Shown here one piece after another: positions 11,811-22,486 of a DNA stretch of 64,000 nucleotides. Origin of the DNA: Macrostomum lignano (Eukaryota); contig NIVC01000104.1 in the NCBI GenBank assembly GCA_002269645.1, forward strand, positions 372,001-436,000, written 5' to 3'. Position 1 is the first letter of the stretch. Every line of letters begins with the position of its first letter. Both the position numbers and the translations under genes were made by a program. Below the pieces are notes generated by a model. That model did no database searches, was not told the origin of the DNA, and saw only the letters and a program-made list of their open reading frames with translations.

Positions 11811-13189
11811 TCTGATGCCCAGCGCTGAGTATGAATTATGAAATTTGAGAAATGGGGCGAAGGCGGGTCGTCGTTCCGCATGCTGGTGGCGCAACAACAA
11901 CAACAACAACAGAGTACGCTGCCAGTTCACAAAAACTGGTGGCGCGGATCTGCGAAGCTGTTGGAGTGCGGCTAGCAGTGCTGCGGGCAGGCAGGGGTAA
12001 AATGGCCCCTACCAGCAGCTGGCCAAGCCATCAGCCCCACCTTAGAAATTGTAAAATTTCCCAAATGGGGAAGCCATTGCGCTGCCTCAGCAACTCACCT
12101 GCAGAGCTCTCCGCATGCAGAGATACCTGGAAGCCGTGTGCACAGCACAATCATCTGAGGAAGGCCGACTCAAGTATTTCTGCGACCCGCTTTGAGTCCT
12201 TCAAAGAGCTGCTTGTGTGCACCAAGGAGAGAGGAGGCAGCAACGACCAACAACCCAGTCTTGCGTCCATCTAGTTTCCTTGATGGTATCGGCAGAAATG
12301 AGCTGGTTAGTTTGGTGTCTCAGCAGACTAACACAGGAAACACGAGGTACGTGGCAGGTAAGACTTTTGCCGAAAACAAAGTGCGAGCTCCACTTAGGGC
12401 AACCCGCGCTTATATTTGATATTTAACAGTAAATTGTTACACTAACGATAAATTCAACCGCCAAAAGTCACGTGATTAAAAATACGTTTCATAATACAAT
12501 ATACGAAAAATTTATTAACTGCACTACTTAAAGTAGAGTATTAAGAAAAAGTAAGAAAAGGTTAGTTAGACGAACGGCCCTTTTACGGGCTCCTAGTCAC
12601 GACACAACAGTTAGGCCAATGGAATCTGCGCTTTAATTGCTATTGGTATGAACGTGCCTGGATCTTCGTCACAAGATGTTGTGTGCACCTGCTAGCATTC
12701 GACGTCAACATGAATTTGTGAAAGAGCTGACTATTTAAGCAGAGTCTGCTTCAGGAAGCAACAGGCGCAAGATCGAAAAGAAGCTCTGCAGTTAGTTTAT
12801 CACAGTCTCAGACTGGTTCAACCAAGTCTTTTACGCTTATAGGCTAGGCCTCGCAGTTGGTACGAGCCCACAAAGAGGTTTCTCATCCAGGTGTCGGCGA
12901 GGCCAGAGCGGATCTCCCTAGTAACTGGCCTAGTTGAGTGTTTTTGGACTAACCCTTTATCAGGATAATATATAATCCTAATCGACTCTTGACATGCTGA
13001 TGGAGAAGAATTGGCTGACCAGGCGCATTGCGAGTGAATACTTGCACAGAATTGGCTGACCAAGCGCGTACTACTCGTAGCACAGGCGCAAAGTTGAAGT
13101 TAGAAAATACTAGCAATCCAGCCTGTTCGGGGAGTGCAAAAAGGAAAATGAAAATATTGCTAATATATTAAAGAATAGACCCATGCGAT

Positions 13190-13370
13190 GCTTCCAGTAA
13201 GCCTCGGCATCTCAGCGATTCCACCAGCTGTAAGCCTTGACAATAACATCTTAGCAATGCTCCCAGTAAGCCTTGACATCTCAAAAATCTCACAAGCTTT
13301 GAAATCTTAGAAATTCCCTATAAGCCTTGACATCCCAGCAATTCCCCATAAGCCTTGACATCTTAGCCTT
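13190..13370 (+). repeat. Degenerate tandem repeat with core TAAGCCTTGACATC
   Basis: The core recurs about 5-6 times at roughly 30-bp spacing. Confidence 0.7.
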
Positions 13371-14673
13371 CTCACAATAGGGTTACGTCGAGCTTGACAC
13401 TCTCTGGCCGACAGGGTATGCCGAAGTCCGCGAGGCTGCCGTCAGCAAGTTGAAGACATTTGGTCTTCAGCCGTTCATCAACCGCAGTGCTTCGAACCAA
13501 GAGAGAGGTAGGTCATGGCCGTTGAAGCTTCTGGCCCCACCGTTGTTGCCCGAGGATGACATCGTCATGAGGTGCTGTCGAGGTTCTGGGCTCGGTGTCG
13601 GTCGGCTTGTCAGGAGAAGTGCACAGCTGCTCTCAGCACATCCGCACTCTCTGGCTGCAGATTGGACTTTCATGCACAAGTTTGAGTGGAAACCCTTATT
13701 GAAGCACATGTTGTTGTGCACAGACAGGTTCGATAAAATTGAAAGCCAACGAAAATTTTGAATTTCTGCGCTTCAATGTCCATGTAGACGCGACTACTTC
13801 AGTATATATCAACTATGATTTAAACCGGTATTTGGCATGCTTAAAATGCTTCTTCACCCCATACGATTAGTACTAGCCGAAAATCACAATATACTAAATC
13901 TCTAATAAGTTACTAAAAATCATAATTTTTGTTATTATTTCTCACTTATCGAACTATAAAGTGCCATTTTAATTTGCAGTTAGTATCATATAACTTGTTT
14001 CGCTTTACTGCGTACATTACTGAGTACGTTTTAATGGCACTTGAAAATCATTATTTAAAAAGTTATTTTCAGTGATTCTACTAAGCCACCAGCAGAACGC
14101 ACCAGCAGAACAAAGTCAATATCTAACAAATAAAAAACTCAAAGGGATGCCGCGAAGTTGAGCTCCGTTATTAATTATTTCTGTGACTATGACGTCATTT
14201 CAACATTTTGAAATCTGTACAGTCTCCATGCACCCTTGATGTTATTTAGGTGAATTAAATCGAATTCAAATTCGCTCCAAAACAGATGTCGTTATACAAT
14301 TGCTACGCGTATCAAAACCGTTTTTACAATCATAAACAGCTTAAGAGTAAATAAGTACTTTTGGGATTAATGCAATCATTTTAAGCTGCTTAAAAACTTT
14401 TTGTCGTATTTATTCTTTATTGCTAATGTCTAATTTTTGCGAGCAAAACCCTACAGACATAATAAGCTCATAATTTTCTCATCTCTGAAATATGCCTTTT
14501 TGTCTATTCCTTAACCGTCTAGAGTCCATGTGTGAAAAATCTAATTATTTAAATTTTTCAATGTTCGAATGGAAAGCGTCTATGGCGATAAATGCAATCA
14601 TCCAAGCATTTTATAGAGTTGGCGTACGTGAAAAAATCATCGAACAGCGCAATCCGCGCGCACCAATAAGATA

Positions 14674-15822
14674 ATGGCGCCCATACTCGAACCGCTTGTC
14701 GACTCATCCGTGCTTTACGACTCTCCTGGCCTGGCAATCCTGCTGGCTACAAGCGGCGCAGCTCTACTCGCCTGTATCGCTGGCGGCCTGGCCTTCTACG
14801 CATTCTCCATCGTCGATGCCAAAGCCGACAGCGTCAGCAACATCGAGGACGTCGAGAAGCGTCGTCGAAATACTACAGTTTGGAACAATACGAATTCGAC
14901 CCTTCGTGAGGAGGCGTCTAAAAAGTGCGCGGGCCTCGATCCGGCTGCTGCCGCGCGAGCCATTGAAGAGCTTTGCGGCCTTGGCGAAGTTGGTAGCAAG
15001 GCGACGTCCGAGAAGCAGCTCAAGCGTTACAACGAGCAGCTGTGCCATCGGCTGCGTCGTCAGTTCACCAGCAGGGTTCAGCCAAGCCAGTGGAACTTGC
15101 CGGCCATTCTGGAGCTGGCCGAAGCTGCCAGCTTTGCTGCGACAGCTGCGGACGAGCACGGCAACGACCAACTGAGCGGCAGATCGAGGAAAGCGTCATT
15201 GTTGGTGAGGCAGCCGGGCCGCTTGCGATTTGCGAACTGCGGCGAAAAGTCAGCGAAGATGTTTGTAGCGCAACGTGCTGGAGTGACAAAAGTAAGTTAT
15301 TGTACTATCATATCATAATTGATTTCGCTTTATCAAGTTATCTCCATCTATGATCTGGCGACATGCGTGTACTTTTATCGGCGATGCGGTCGCACCCCAC
15401 CCCTACTCATGTTGGCTTCGCCCCTACTGTGGACACTATATTTGCTCGTACAAGTTTATGTACCAGTACATGATAAACGTCAGCTTCACAACTTCATCTT
15501 TGCTTGATAAAAGGTCTCGGCATCGTTCCGTAAGCGACATTATGCATGTCAAAGTTCTGGGCATGGAAACTGCCGACGTCGCTACCATCAAAAGACGAGG
15601 TTGCACCCGTCGAAGCTGGCCGAGGCTTTAGCCGGCAGTCAGGTTCGTCGGCCGTCGTGGACTCCGGTCACCAGGTCCGCGCAAAACGGGTCGCTGCAGA
15701 CGCCTTCGCCGCTGCCACATCCGCCGACTCCGTTGGCCCAGCAGTCAGCTAGCCAGGAAGATTCGCTGAACAATCAACAGTCGTCGGAGAGCAAGCAGCG
15801 ACGCTTGAAGCTGATGCTGTGA
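14674..15822 (+). CDS. Orphan single-pass membrane protein; proposed join(14674..15291,15514..15822), about 308 aa
   Basis: ATG ORF of 214 aa with a hydrophobic segment (GLAILLATSGAALLACIAGGLAFYAFSIV). Strong donor AAA|gtaagt at 15292 and phase-0 acceptor aaaag|GTC at 15513 continue the frame into VSASFRKRH...QRRLKLML*. No family was recognised. Confidence 0.55.
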
Positions 15823-17284
15823 CTCAGCCAACAACTGGACGGCTCATCTAGCAGCGGTAGAAAAAGCAACACTGCTGGCAGCAATAAAAGCAAGCAGGGC
15901 AAAGAGAAAGACAAAGCTGATCGAGAATCTTCCCCATCGACAACCTGCGGAGTTCTCCAGATGTTCTCCAGCAGTAGCGGCGGCGGCGGCGGAGGCGAAG
16001 TAGCTCAGGGCGATGGCTGCGGAAACAACAGCGTTAAGGGTGTCGGCCAAAGCAGCACTTTGAGCACCGCGTCGGGAGCTCCTTCAGCCTCTGCTGAGTC
16101 CTGATGATTCCCACAATGTCCCAACACAGGGGCGCCTCAGTTTCTCCAATTCATTTTCACCGTTGATGTGTAATACGGTTCCACTACGGTCGATCTGGCA
16201 ACAAAAACAATTTAATGCATCTAAAGCTATTTTACACCTGGCGGGTTATTGGTATAAACGGTACCTTTTGCCGCAAATAACTACTACTTCACCTGTAAAC
16301 ATCTACAATAAAGAATAATATACAATATTTTAAAAAAAACATACAGCTAATATGCAAATAACCTTTTAAATGAAGAAATGAGAAGCTTTCTCTATGTCTT
16401 ACTTTTTAATAATCCAAACACGAAATTTGAATTGAGCGGTGTTCTTACTCAAACAGAGCTCAGCGGATTCGAACCCGGTAATTATTAGATTGTATTTTTA
16501 GTTGGTGCAGTTTTTGTTTAGTGAAAAATTTGTAACTGAACTAAAGGAGAAGAGTTCAAAAATAACAAATATTAATGACCGGTATAGTGAAGCCGCCACT
16601 AGATTTCAATGGCATGGCTACACATCCCGCGGTTTAGATGTACGAGCTACCAAGAATGTTCGTAAGCCTACTGCGCCACATAAACATGAACATTTATTTA
16701 ACGTAGACCAATACGATTGCAGCTCATTCGGTTGTACTTATTGTAGCTCAGTGTCCGACTCTCGAACTGTAAGTGCAGTTCCGTGCTCGACTCAATTCCG
16801 TGCTCGACTCAATTCCGTGCTCGACATCATTAAATTGGGGCTAGTACATGAAAATTGGTCTCCAAGGCGTCCCAGAGCATCCGGAAGGCTATAGCAGCAT
16901 GGAACACAAATAGACTGCACTCTGTACTTCTCAAGCCAATTCTTAAGGAGTAAAGTGTCTAAAGAGTCTAAATATGTGCCTGCTTAGTGCCTTAGCAACT
17001 CGGTTGCACTGAACTGTCATTTAAACTTAACTAAACTTAGACTGTCATTACGCTTTACTATGCAAGCGAACGTCAATCAAAGTCATAAAGAGTCATAAGA
17101 GTCAAATAGACTATTCAGCTATTCACTCTTGCACTGACGAAACTGTTAAACACTCTTTTGATTGCTGAGCTGTCATCGAGCAAACCAATTCTGCCTAATC
17201 TTCACAGACAAGCAAGCCATGCAGTCTCTGCTCCGCCCTTCTCACATGAAGGCTTTCAACTCAACCAACGTCGCCGCTCCGACC

Positions 17285-17320
17285 GGAAACACGTGCCCAA
17301 TCCGATGTGCATAAATTCGC
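17285..17320 (+). promoter_or_regulatory. Putative core promoter of prepropeptide gene 1
   Basis: CACGTG (E-box), CCAAT and a TATA-like CATAAAT lie about 80-105 bp upstream of the ATG. The arrangement is retained in copy 2. Confidence 0.4.
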
Positions 17321-17396
17321 ATCTGCCGACTGCTCAAGATAACAAGCTCAGACTCGACTCAGCTCAAACACTCGAATCGATCCTACTCAAGCAATC

Positions 17397-17585
17397 ATGA
17401 AGTGGCAACTCGCTCTCGGACTTTTGCTGTGCGCAGCCCTGGCTGTCGCCGTGCCCACCCAGGAGGAGAAGGCTGAGGCCATGGCCGTTCTGGAGGCTCT
17501 GTCCAACGTGGACGAGTCCAGCATGTCGGAGGAGGCCGTCGACCACGCCAAGAAGTTTGTCAGGGTCAGGGTTAGGCTTGGTTAA
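17397..17585 (+). CDS. Secreted prepropeptide 1 (62 aa): signal peptide + acidic spacer + KK + FVRVRVRL-G; predicted amidated cationic peptide
   Basis: MKWQLALGLLLCAALAVA is a typical signal peptide ending in an A-X-A site. The spacer has 9 D/E residues. It is followed by dibasic KK and a terminal Gly before the stop. The ORF is intact in a second copy. Confidence 0.8.
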   Translation: MKWQLALGLLLCAALAVAVPTQEEKAEAMAVLEALSNVDESSMSEEAVDHAKKFVRVRVRLG

Positions 17586-18403
17586 ATGCTACCGCAGCCA
17601 CACCTCACATCCAGCTCACTTTACCGAAGCTTGAGACTCGCTGGCACTGACGACAACTCACAAATGACCTTTGAACTTTGAATCCCGACCGCAAAATCAC
17701 GGTTGTATTGACTGATCCGTTTTACAAAATATACCATCGAGAACACAGATTAAGATCTCAACAGCACATTAAGCTTTGTCTTATTGAACATTTTCAATTT
17801 CGCCCAGTCGCCAGTCCAGTCTTTGCGTAGTGAACTGGTACTTGAAATTATTTGAAGATAATCATTGATTGTAACTTGATAGTTACTACTGGAAGGTTTT
17901 GATTTGCTAAATCTCCTTATTAACGGCTACAAAGCATTGGGGAAAAAGTGTAAGGCAGGAAAAATGCGTCGCGGGCAAGTCTCGTGCTCCCGAGCGCAAA
18001 ATGGTGGCATTGCGTAAGGCAGTGGTCGACACCGTCAAGCAGTATTGCGCTAAGACACAGGAAGCTCTGACTAACTCCCTGGAGAACCTACGAGTAGTTG
18101 ACGCATTTCACGCTGAGGTATGGTGCCATACCTGCAAGAACAGGCACGATTCTACGGTTCGTCGACAGCCCGGGCTCTGAGCTTCATTATCTGTATTTTG
18201 TATGGCCGAGAGTTTCCCAGCATGTTTAGGATCCGAGTAAAACCTTTTAGATTGGGGATTGTCAGTTTTGCAATGAACGGAAAGTGACAAGCAGCTTGAT
18301 TTATGAGATAAATATTTTATGAGACGCTTAACACTCCTACCCAGCAGTCCTTGGTACCGTCCAAGAATTCATAATAGTAAAATGTTCTCCAGAAGCGCCG
18401 GAG

Positions 18404-19238
18404 TGTTTCTGTGGATGTATTCGACAGCGCAGCATGTAACATGTCCCTCGGCCCATTTACTGCTGGAGTGTTTCTGCCGATGTAGTCGACTGCGCAGCAT
18501 GTAACATGTCCCTCGGCCCTTTTACTGCCAGAGTGTTTCTGCCGATGTAGCCGACTGCGCAGCATGTAACATGTCCCTCGGCCCTTTTACTGCCAGAGTG
18601 TTTCTGCCGATGTAGTCGACTGCGCAGCATGTAACATGTCCCTCGGCCATTTACTGCTGGAGTGTTTCTGCCGATGTAGTCGACTGCGCAGCATGTAACA
18701 TGTCCCTCGGCCCTTTTACTGCCAGAGTGTTTCTGCCGATGTAGTCGACTGCGCAGCATGTAACATGTCCCTCGGCCCTTTTACTGCCAGAGTGTTTCTG
18801 CCGATGTAGTCGACTGCGCAGCATGTGACATGTCCCTCGGCCCTTTTACTGCCAGAGTGTTTCTGCCGATGTAGTCGACTGCGCAGCATGTAACATGTCC
18901 CTCGGCCCATTTACTGCTGGAGTGTTTCTGCCGATGTAGTCGACTGCGCAGCATGTAACATGTCCCTCGGCCCTTTTACTGCCAGAGTGTTTCTGCCGAT
19001 GTAGTCGACTGCGCAGCATGTGACATGTCCCTCGGCCATTTACTGCTGGAGTGTTTCTGCCGATGTAGTCGACTGCGCAGCATGTAACATGTCCCTCGGC
19101 CCTTTTACTGCCAGAGTGTTTCTGCCGATGTAGTCGACTGCGCAGCATGTAACATGTCCCTCGGCCCTTTTACTGCCAGAGTGTTTCTGCCGATGTAGTC
19201 GACTGCGCAGCATGTAACATGTCCCTCGGCCCATTTAC
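18404..19238 (-). repeat. 65-bp minisatellite, 13 units, derived from integrase CDS
   Basis: Unit TGTTTCTGCCGATGTAGTCGACTGCGCAGCATGTAACATGTCCCTCGGCCCTTTTACTGCCAGAG. The motif GTCCCTCGGCC occurs 13 times. Confidence 0.95.
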
Positions 19239-19811
19239 TTTAGGCGTCAACGAGTAAAAGTAGGTGCTTGTCCCTTGAAAGGTCCAGCGTAGTCTGGGTG
19301 CACTCGACACCACTTCCCGTTCTCTTCCGTCCCTGCCACAGTTCCATTGATTTCACTTCCCATGAGACTGGAATGCTTTGTGATCCTTGTGTCGCGCATC
19401 CAGCTTGCATTGTGGAGCTGTCTTATTGACTAACAAAGTGTCAATCCCTTTCATTTCTCTTTCGCTGCGCGGGACAGCTTCACATGCACTGACCAAACTT
19501 CACCTTCTCCCAAGTGATGTCCTTCAATTTTTCCTTAAGGAGCTTTCTGACAATCTACTTGATGGCCAAGCCAAATACAAACTGGTGGCGGAGCCTATCG
19601 TTCAGGCCTGTCAATTCGAAGCTCTCGACCGCCTGATGAAGCCTTCTGGAGTAAACAGCAGGTGTGTCTTCGCTATCCTCTTGCTTCAGATAGTGAAAGA
19701 CGTACCGATAGACCAGTCCTGACCTTTATCGCCTTTGATTCTTTAGAAGTTCGTTCAGCTCGTCGAAAGTATTGTCTTTTGGTTTGTGAGGGAGTAAGGC
19801 CAGCAGGTTAA

Positions 19812-20638
19812 CCATTTGGAAGCCAAAGGCCTGCACTGCAGGCCATACCGAAACGGCCCAGAAACCCAGAGATTGAAAAATGTCTATGGCATCAAAAACC
19901 ATCTCCCAATCACTAAAGCAAGTGCCCAGTATGGCCTGCTGTGCAGGCCATGACTGATTTAAAGACGTCCATTATGCATTTCCATTGTGTTTTCACTCAA
20001 ATGGGAAATGTTAAAGGGGAATTAAAGCGTGGATGAATTAGCATGGATCTGGACAGAGACCAGGATTTCCGGGACATTGGCTGCAGCAAAATACTGTCTT
20101 CTTAGCTGGAACGTCAGGTTTCAAATTCGGAATCGTTTGCTTGGGCGAGTCTGGGCTTCCGTTGCTGGGAGTCGTTCGTGTACGAGTATATGTGGTATCC
20201 TTCGCCCAGCACTTCGCGACTAAGCTCAGCAACAACTCTCGCTCTCTTCCTCGCCATTTTCTGCACTCTCCTGCTGGAACTCCCTGACTGCCAATCACAT
20301 TCGCTCATTAGTCCATGTGACAAGACTGTGGTGAGAAACTCTTCAGTCAGGATCAATTTCTGGATCCATGCCTTCCGACTCCGTTTCTGACTCAAAAACC
20401 GTCGAGTCATTGCTTGATAAAGCGTCTTCCGAATCGGAATCGAGTCCCAGTCTACGCAAGGCGTCACTTTTAGCTGTCCTATTCGGCCGCGTAAAAGCCA
20501 TTTGTGGGTAGGAAGGTTTGAACAGGAGCTAGCTGAAAAACTATGTGATATAATTTACTTCTGGGCTTCTAGGGTGTGCACTCGATTCAGCAAAAAAGAC
20601 AAATTTGTCTATGGACTGCTCTGCAGGCCTTTGGGCTT
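19812..20638 (-). mobile_element. Degenerate piggyBac-like element inserted at TTAA in the Gypsy gag
   Basis: Left end TTAA|CCATTTGGAAGCCAAAGGCCTGCA. Inverted TGCAGGCCTTTGG at 20622-20634, followed by TTAA at 20639-20642. The internal minus-strand remnant ...DWDSIPIRKTLYQAMTRRF...RVVAELSREVLGEGYHIY resembles piggyBac transposase motifs (MSRNRF; LLGKGYHLYxDN). Confidence 0.55.
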
Positions 20639-21337
20639 TTAAGCCATCTTACAGAACCAAGCTTGGGCGCGCGCTATCCTCTTGCTTCCGACAGTGAAAG
20701 ACGTACCGATAGACCAGCCCGGACTTTGATTCTTTAGAAGTTCGTTCAGCTCGTCGAAAGTCTTGTCTTGTGGTTTGTGAGGGAGTAAGGCCAGCAGGTT
20801 AAAGGCTTTTTTACCGAGCTGATCGATGAATGCGTGTCTTTAGGACTTCCTCCTCCCACTTATTGACTTTCGCGATTGCCTCCAATGGTTGAAGGCATCG
20901 GCTCACTTCAGCCGAGATGTCTATCTCCAGGGTTTGATCACAATCGTCGACAGTGCTGGTTTTCGTTGGAACGGAAGGCAACAAGCAGCTTTATTGGCGA
21001 TGTAGCAAGCAGCTACGAATTAAAGCCTCCTGTTGAGCAGCTCATCAGCTCATCACTGTTACGCTTGTTCGATTTTGAGCCTTGTGGCTCCGCGCACACG
21101 TTTTTGGCAATCGAAGGTCAGGGGAATAACTTAAACAGAGATTTCCTGTAAGCACACAATCTAGATATTCTTACGAGGCGGCTAACAGGGATTATATTGG
21201 CTAGATCTGATATCGAAGTCGCTTCATCGAAGACTGAGGCTGACTGAAACTGACAGCTCGCAGCTGACCGAACTGCGGCTTTTCGTGTAATTCTCGCCAA
21301 TATTTCAAAACGATGAGCACTTCAGAGTCAATAAAGT

Positions 21338-22257
21338 GTCAATCAAAGTCATAAAAAGGTCATAAGAGTCAAATGACTATTCAGCTGCATACACTTGCAC
21401 TGAGAAAACTCTGCTAAACACACTTTTGATTGCTTAGCTGTCATGAAGCAAACAATGATGTCTCATCTTCACAGACAAGCAAGCCATGCAGTCTCTGCTC
21501 CGCCCTTCTCAAATGAAGGCTTTCAACTCAACCAACGTCGCCGCTCCGACCGGAAACACGTGCCAATCCGATGTGCATAAATTCGCATCTGCCGACTGCT
21601 CAAGATAACAAGCTCAGACTCGACTCAGCTCAAACACTCGAATCGATCCTACTCAAGCAATCATGAAGTGGCAACTCGCTCTCGGACTTTTGCTGTGCGC
21701 AGCCCTGGCTGTCGCTGTGCCCACCCAGGAGGAGAAGGCTGAGGCCATGGCCGTTCTGGAGGCTCTGTCCAACGTGGACGAGTCCAGCATGTCGGAGGAG
21801 GCCGTCGACAACGCCAAGAAGTTTGTCAGGGTCAGGGCTAGGATTAGGCTTGGTTAAATGCTACCGCAGCCACACCTGAGATCCAGCTCACTTCATCGGA
21901 GCTTGAGACTCGCTGGCTCTGACGACAACTCACAGACGACCGGACTCTGAACTTTTGACTCCAGACTGATCAGTTTAACGAAATATAACATCGCTTGAAC
22001 GTTTTGTTTTACATCTCATCAGAAATTAAGCTTCTTTTAATTTAAACAATTTTAATTTCATCAATCACTTGGGCTTGTTTGCAGATAATTGATTATTGTA
22101 ACTCATTTTTTAAGCCTAAATTCGATGTGGCATTGCGTCAGGCAGTGGTCGACACCGTCAAGCAGCATAACGCTGAAACACAAGGGAAGCTCTGACAAAC
22201 TCCCTTGAGCACCTACGAGCAGTTTGAGTAGTCCTTGTTGATGCGTTTCACGCTGAG
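21338..22257 (+). repeat. Segmental duplicate, copy 2
   Basis: Homologous to 17072-18117. Near-identical around the promoter and CDS, diverged distally. Confidence 0.95.
21663..21857 (+). CDS. Secreted prepropeptide 2 (64 aa): KK + FVRVRARIRL-G
   Basis: Paralogue of 17397-17585. Differences: one synonymous change (GCC/GCT), H->N in the spacer, and an altered, 2-aa longer mature peptide that keeps the R/hydrophobic alternation and the terminal G. Confidence 0.8.
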   Translation: MKWQLALGLLLCAALAVAVPTQEEKAEAMAVLEALSNVDESSMSEEAVDNAKKFVRVRARIRLG

Positions 22258-22486
22258 AGCCACCTTCAAGATTAAAACGAGCTGGTGGCGACGACTTTTC
22301 CAACAAAGTACCCAAGAAACGTCATTCGTTTTGGGCCAGTGCATTAAAATTTGCCTGTGATATTTGCCGTGTAATTCTCTTCATGGGGACCGAAACCCAA
22401 GTCAGCAAACAAGCTGCAAACAATGAACTCACTAACTCTCAAACAGAACGATACACTTAACCCTCTAGCAACTAAAAACGACTCAA

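Larger units (their letters stand above)
17072..18117 (+). repeat. Segmental duplicate, copy 1 (about 1 kb; contains the prepropeptide gene)
   Basis: Aligns by eye with 21338-22257 from GTCAATCAAAGTCATAAA to TTTCACGCTGAG. Confidence 0.95.
18330..20960 (-). mobile_element. Decayed, internally deleted Gypsy/Ty3 LTR retrotransposon (gag and integrase remnants)
   Basis: Gag-like minus-strand pieces: AFIDQLGKKAFNLLALLPHKPQDKTFDELNELLKNQ (about 20730-20840) and YRYVFHYLKQEDSEDTPAVYSRRL...LNDRLRHQFVFGLAIK*IVRKLLKE (about 19510-19720). Integrase-like pieces, with frameshifts: KWCRVHPDYAGPFKG / KHLLLLVDA*SKWAEGHV / QSTTSAETL (19180-19315). Confidence 0.8.

Noticed and set aside
12594-12994. Possible solo LTR (TAGTCACG...TATTTAAG...CTTGACA)
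   Set aside because: No TSD, no second copy, and no PBS or PPT visible.
13467-13721. 84-aa minus-strand ORF, and the 16502-16894, 26594-26953 and 30817-31170 ORFs
   Set aside because: Non-ATG or weak starts and no recognisable motifs. The 26594 ORF overlaps a SINE.
15844-16050. 68-aa two-helix hydrophobic ORF on the minus strand
   Set aside because: TTG start, an in-frame stop just upstream, and no consistent exon structure. It may be the UTR of a neighbouring gene.
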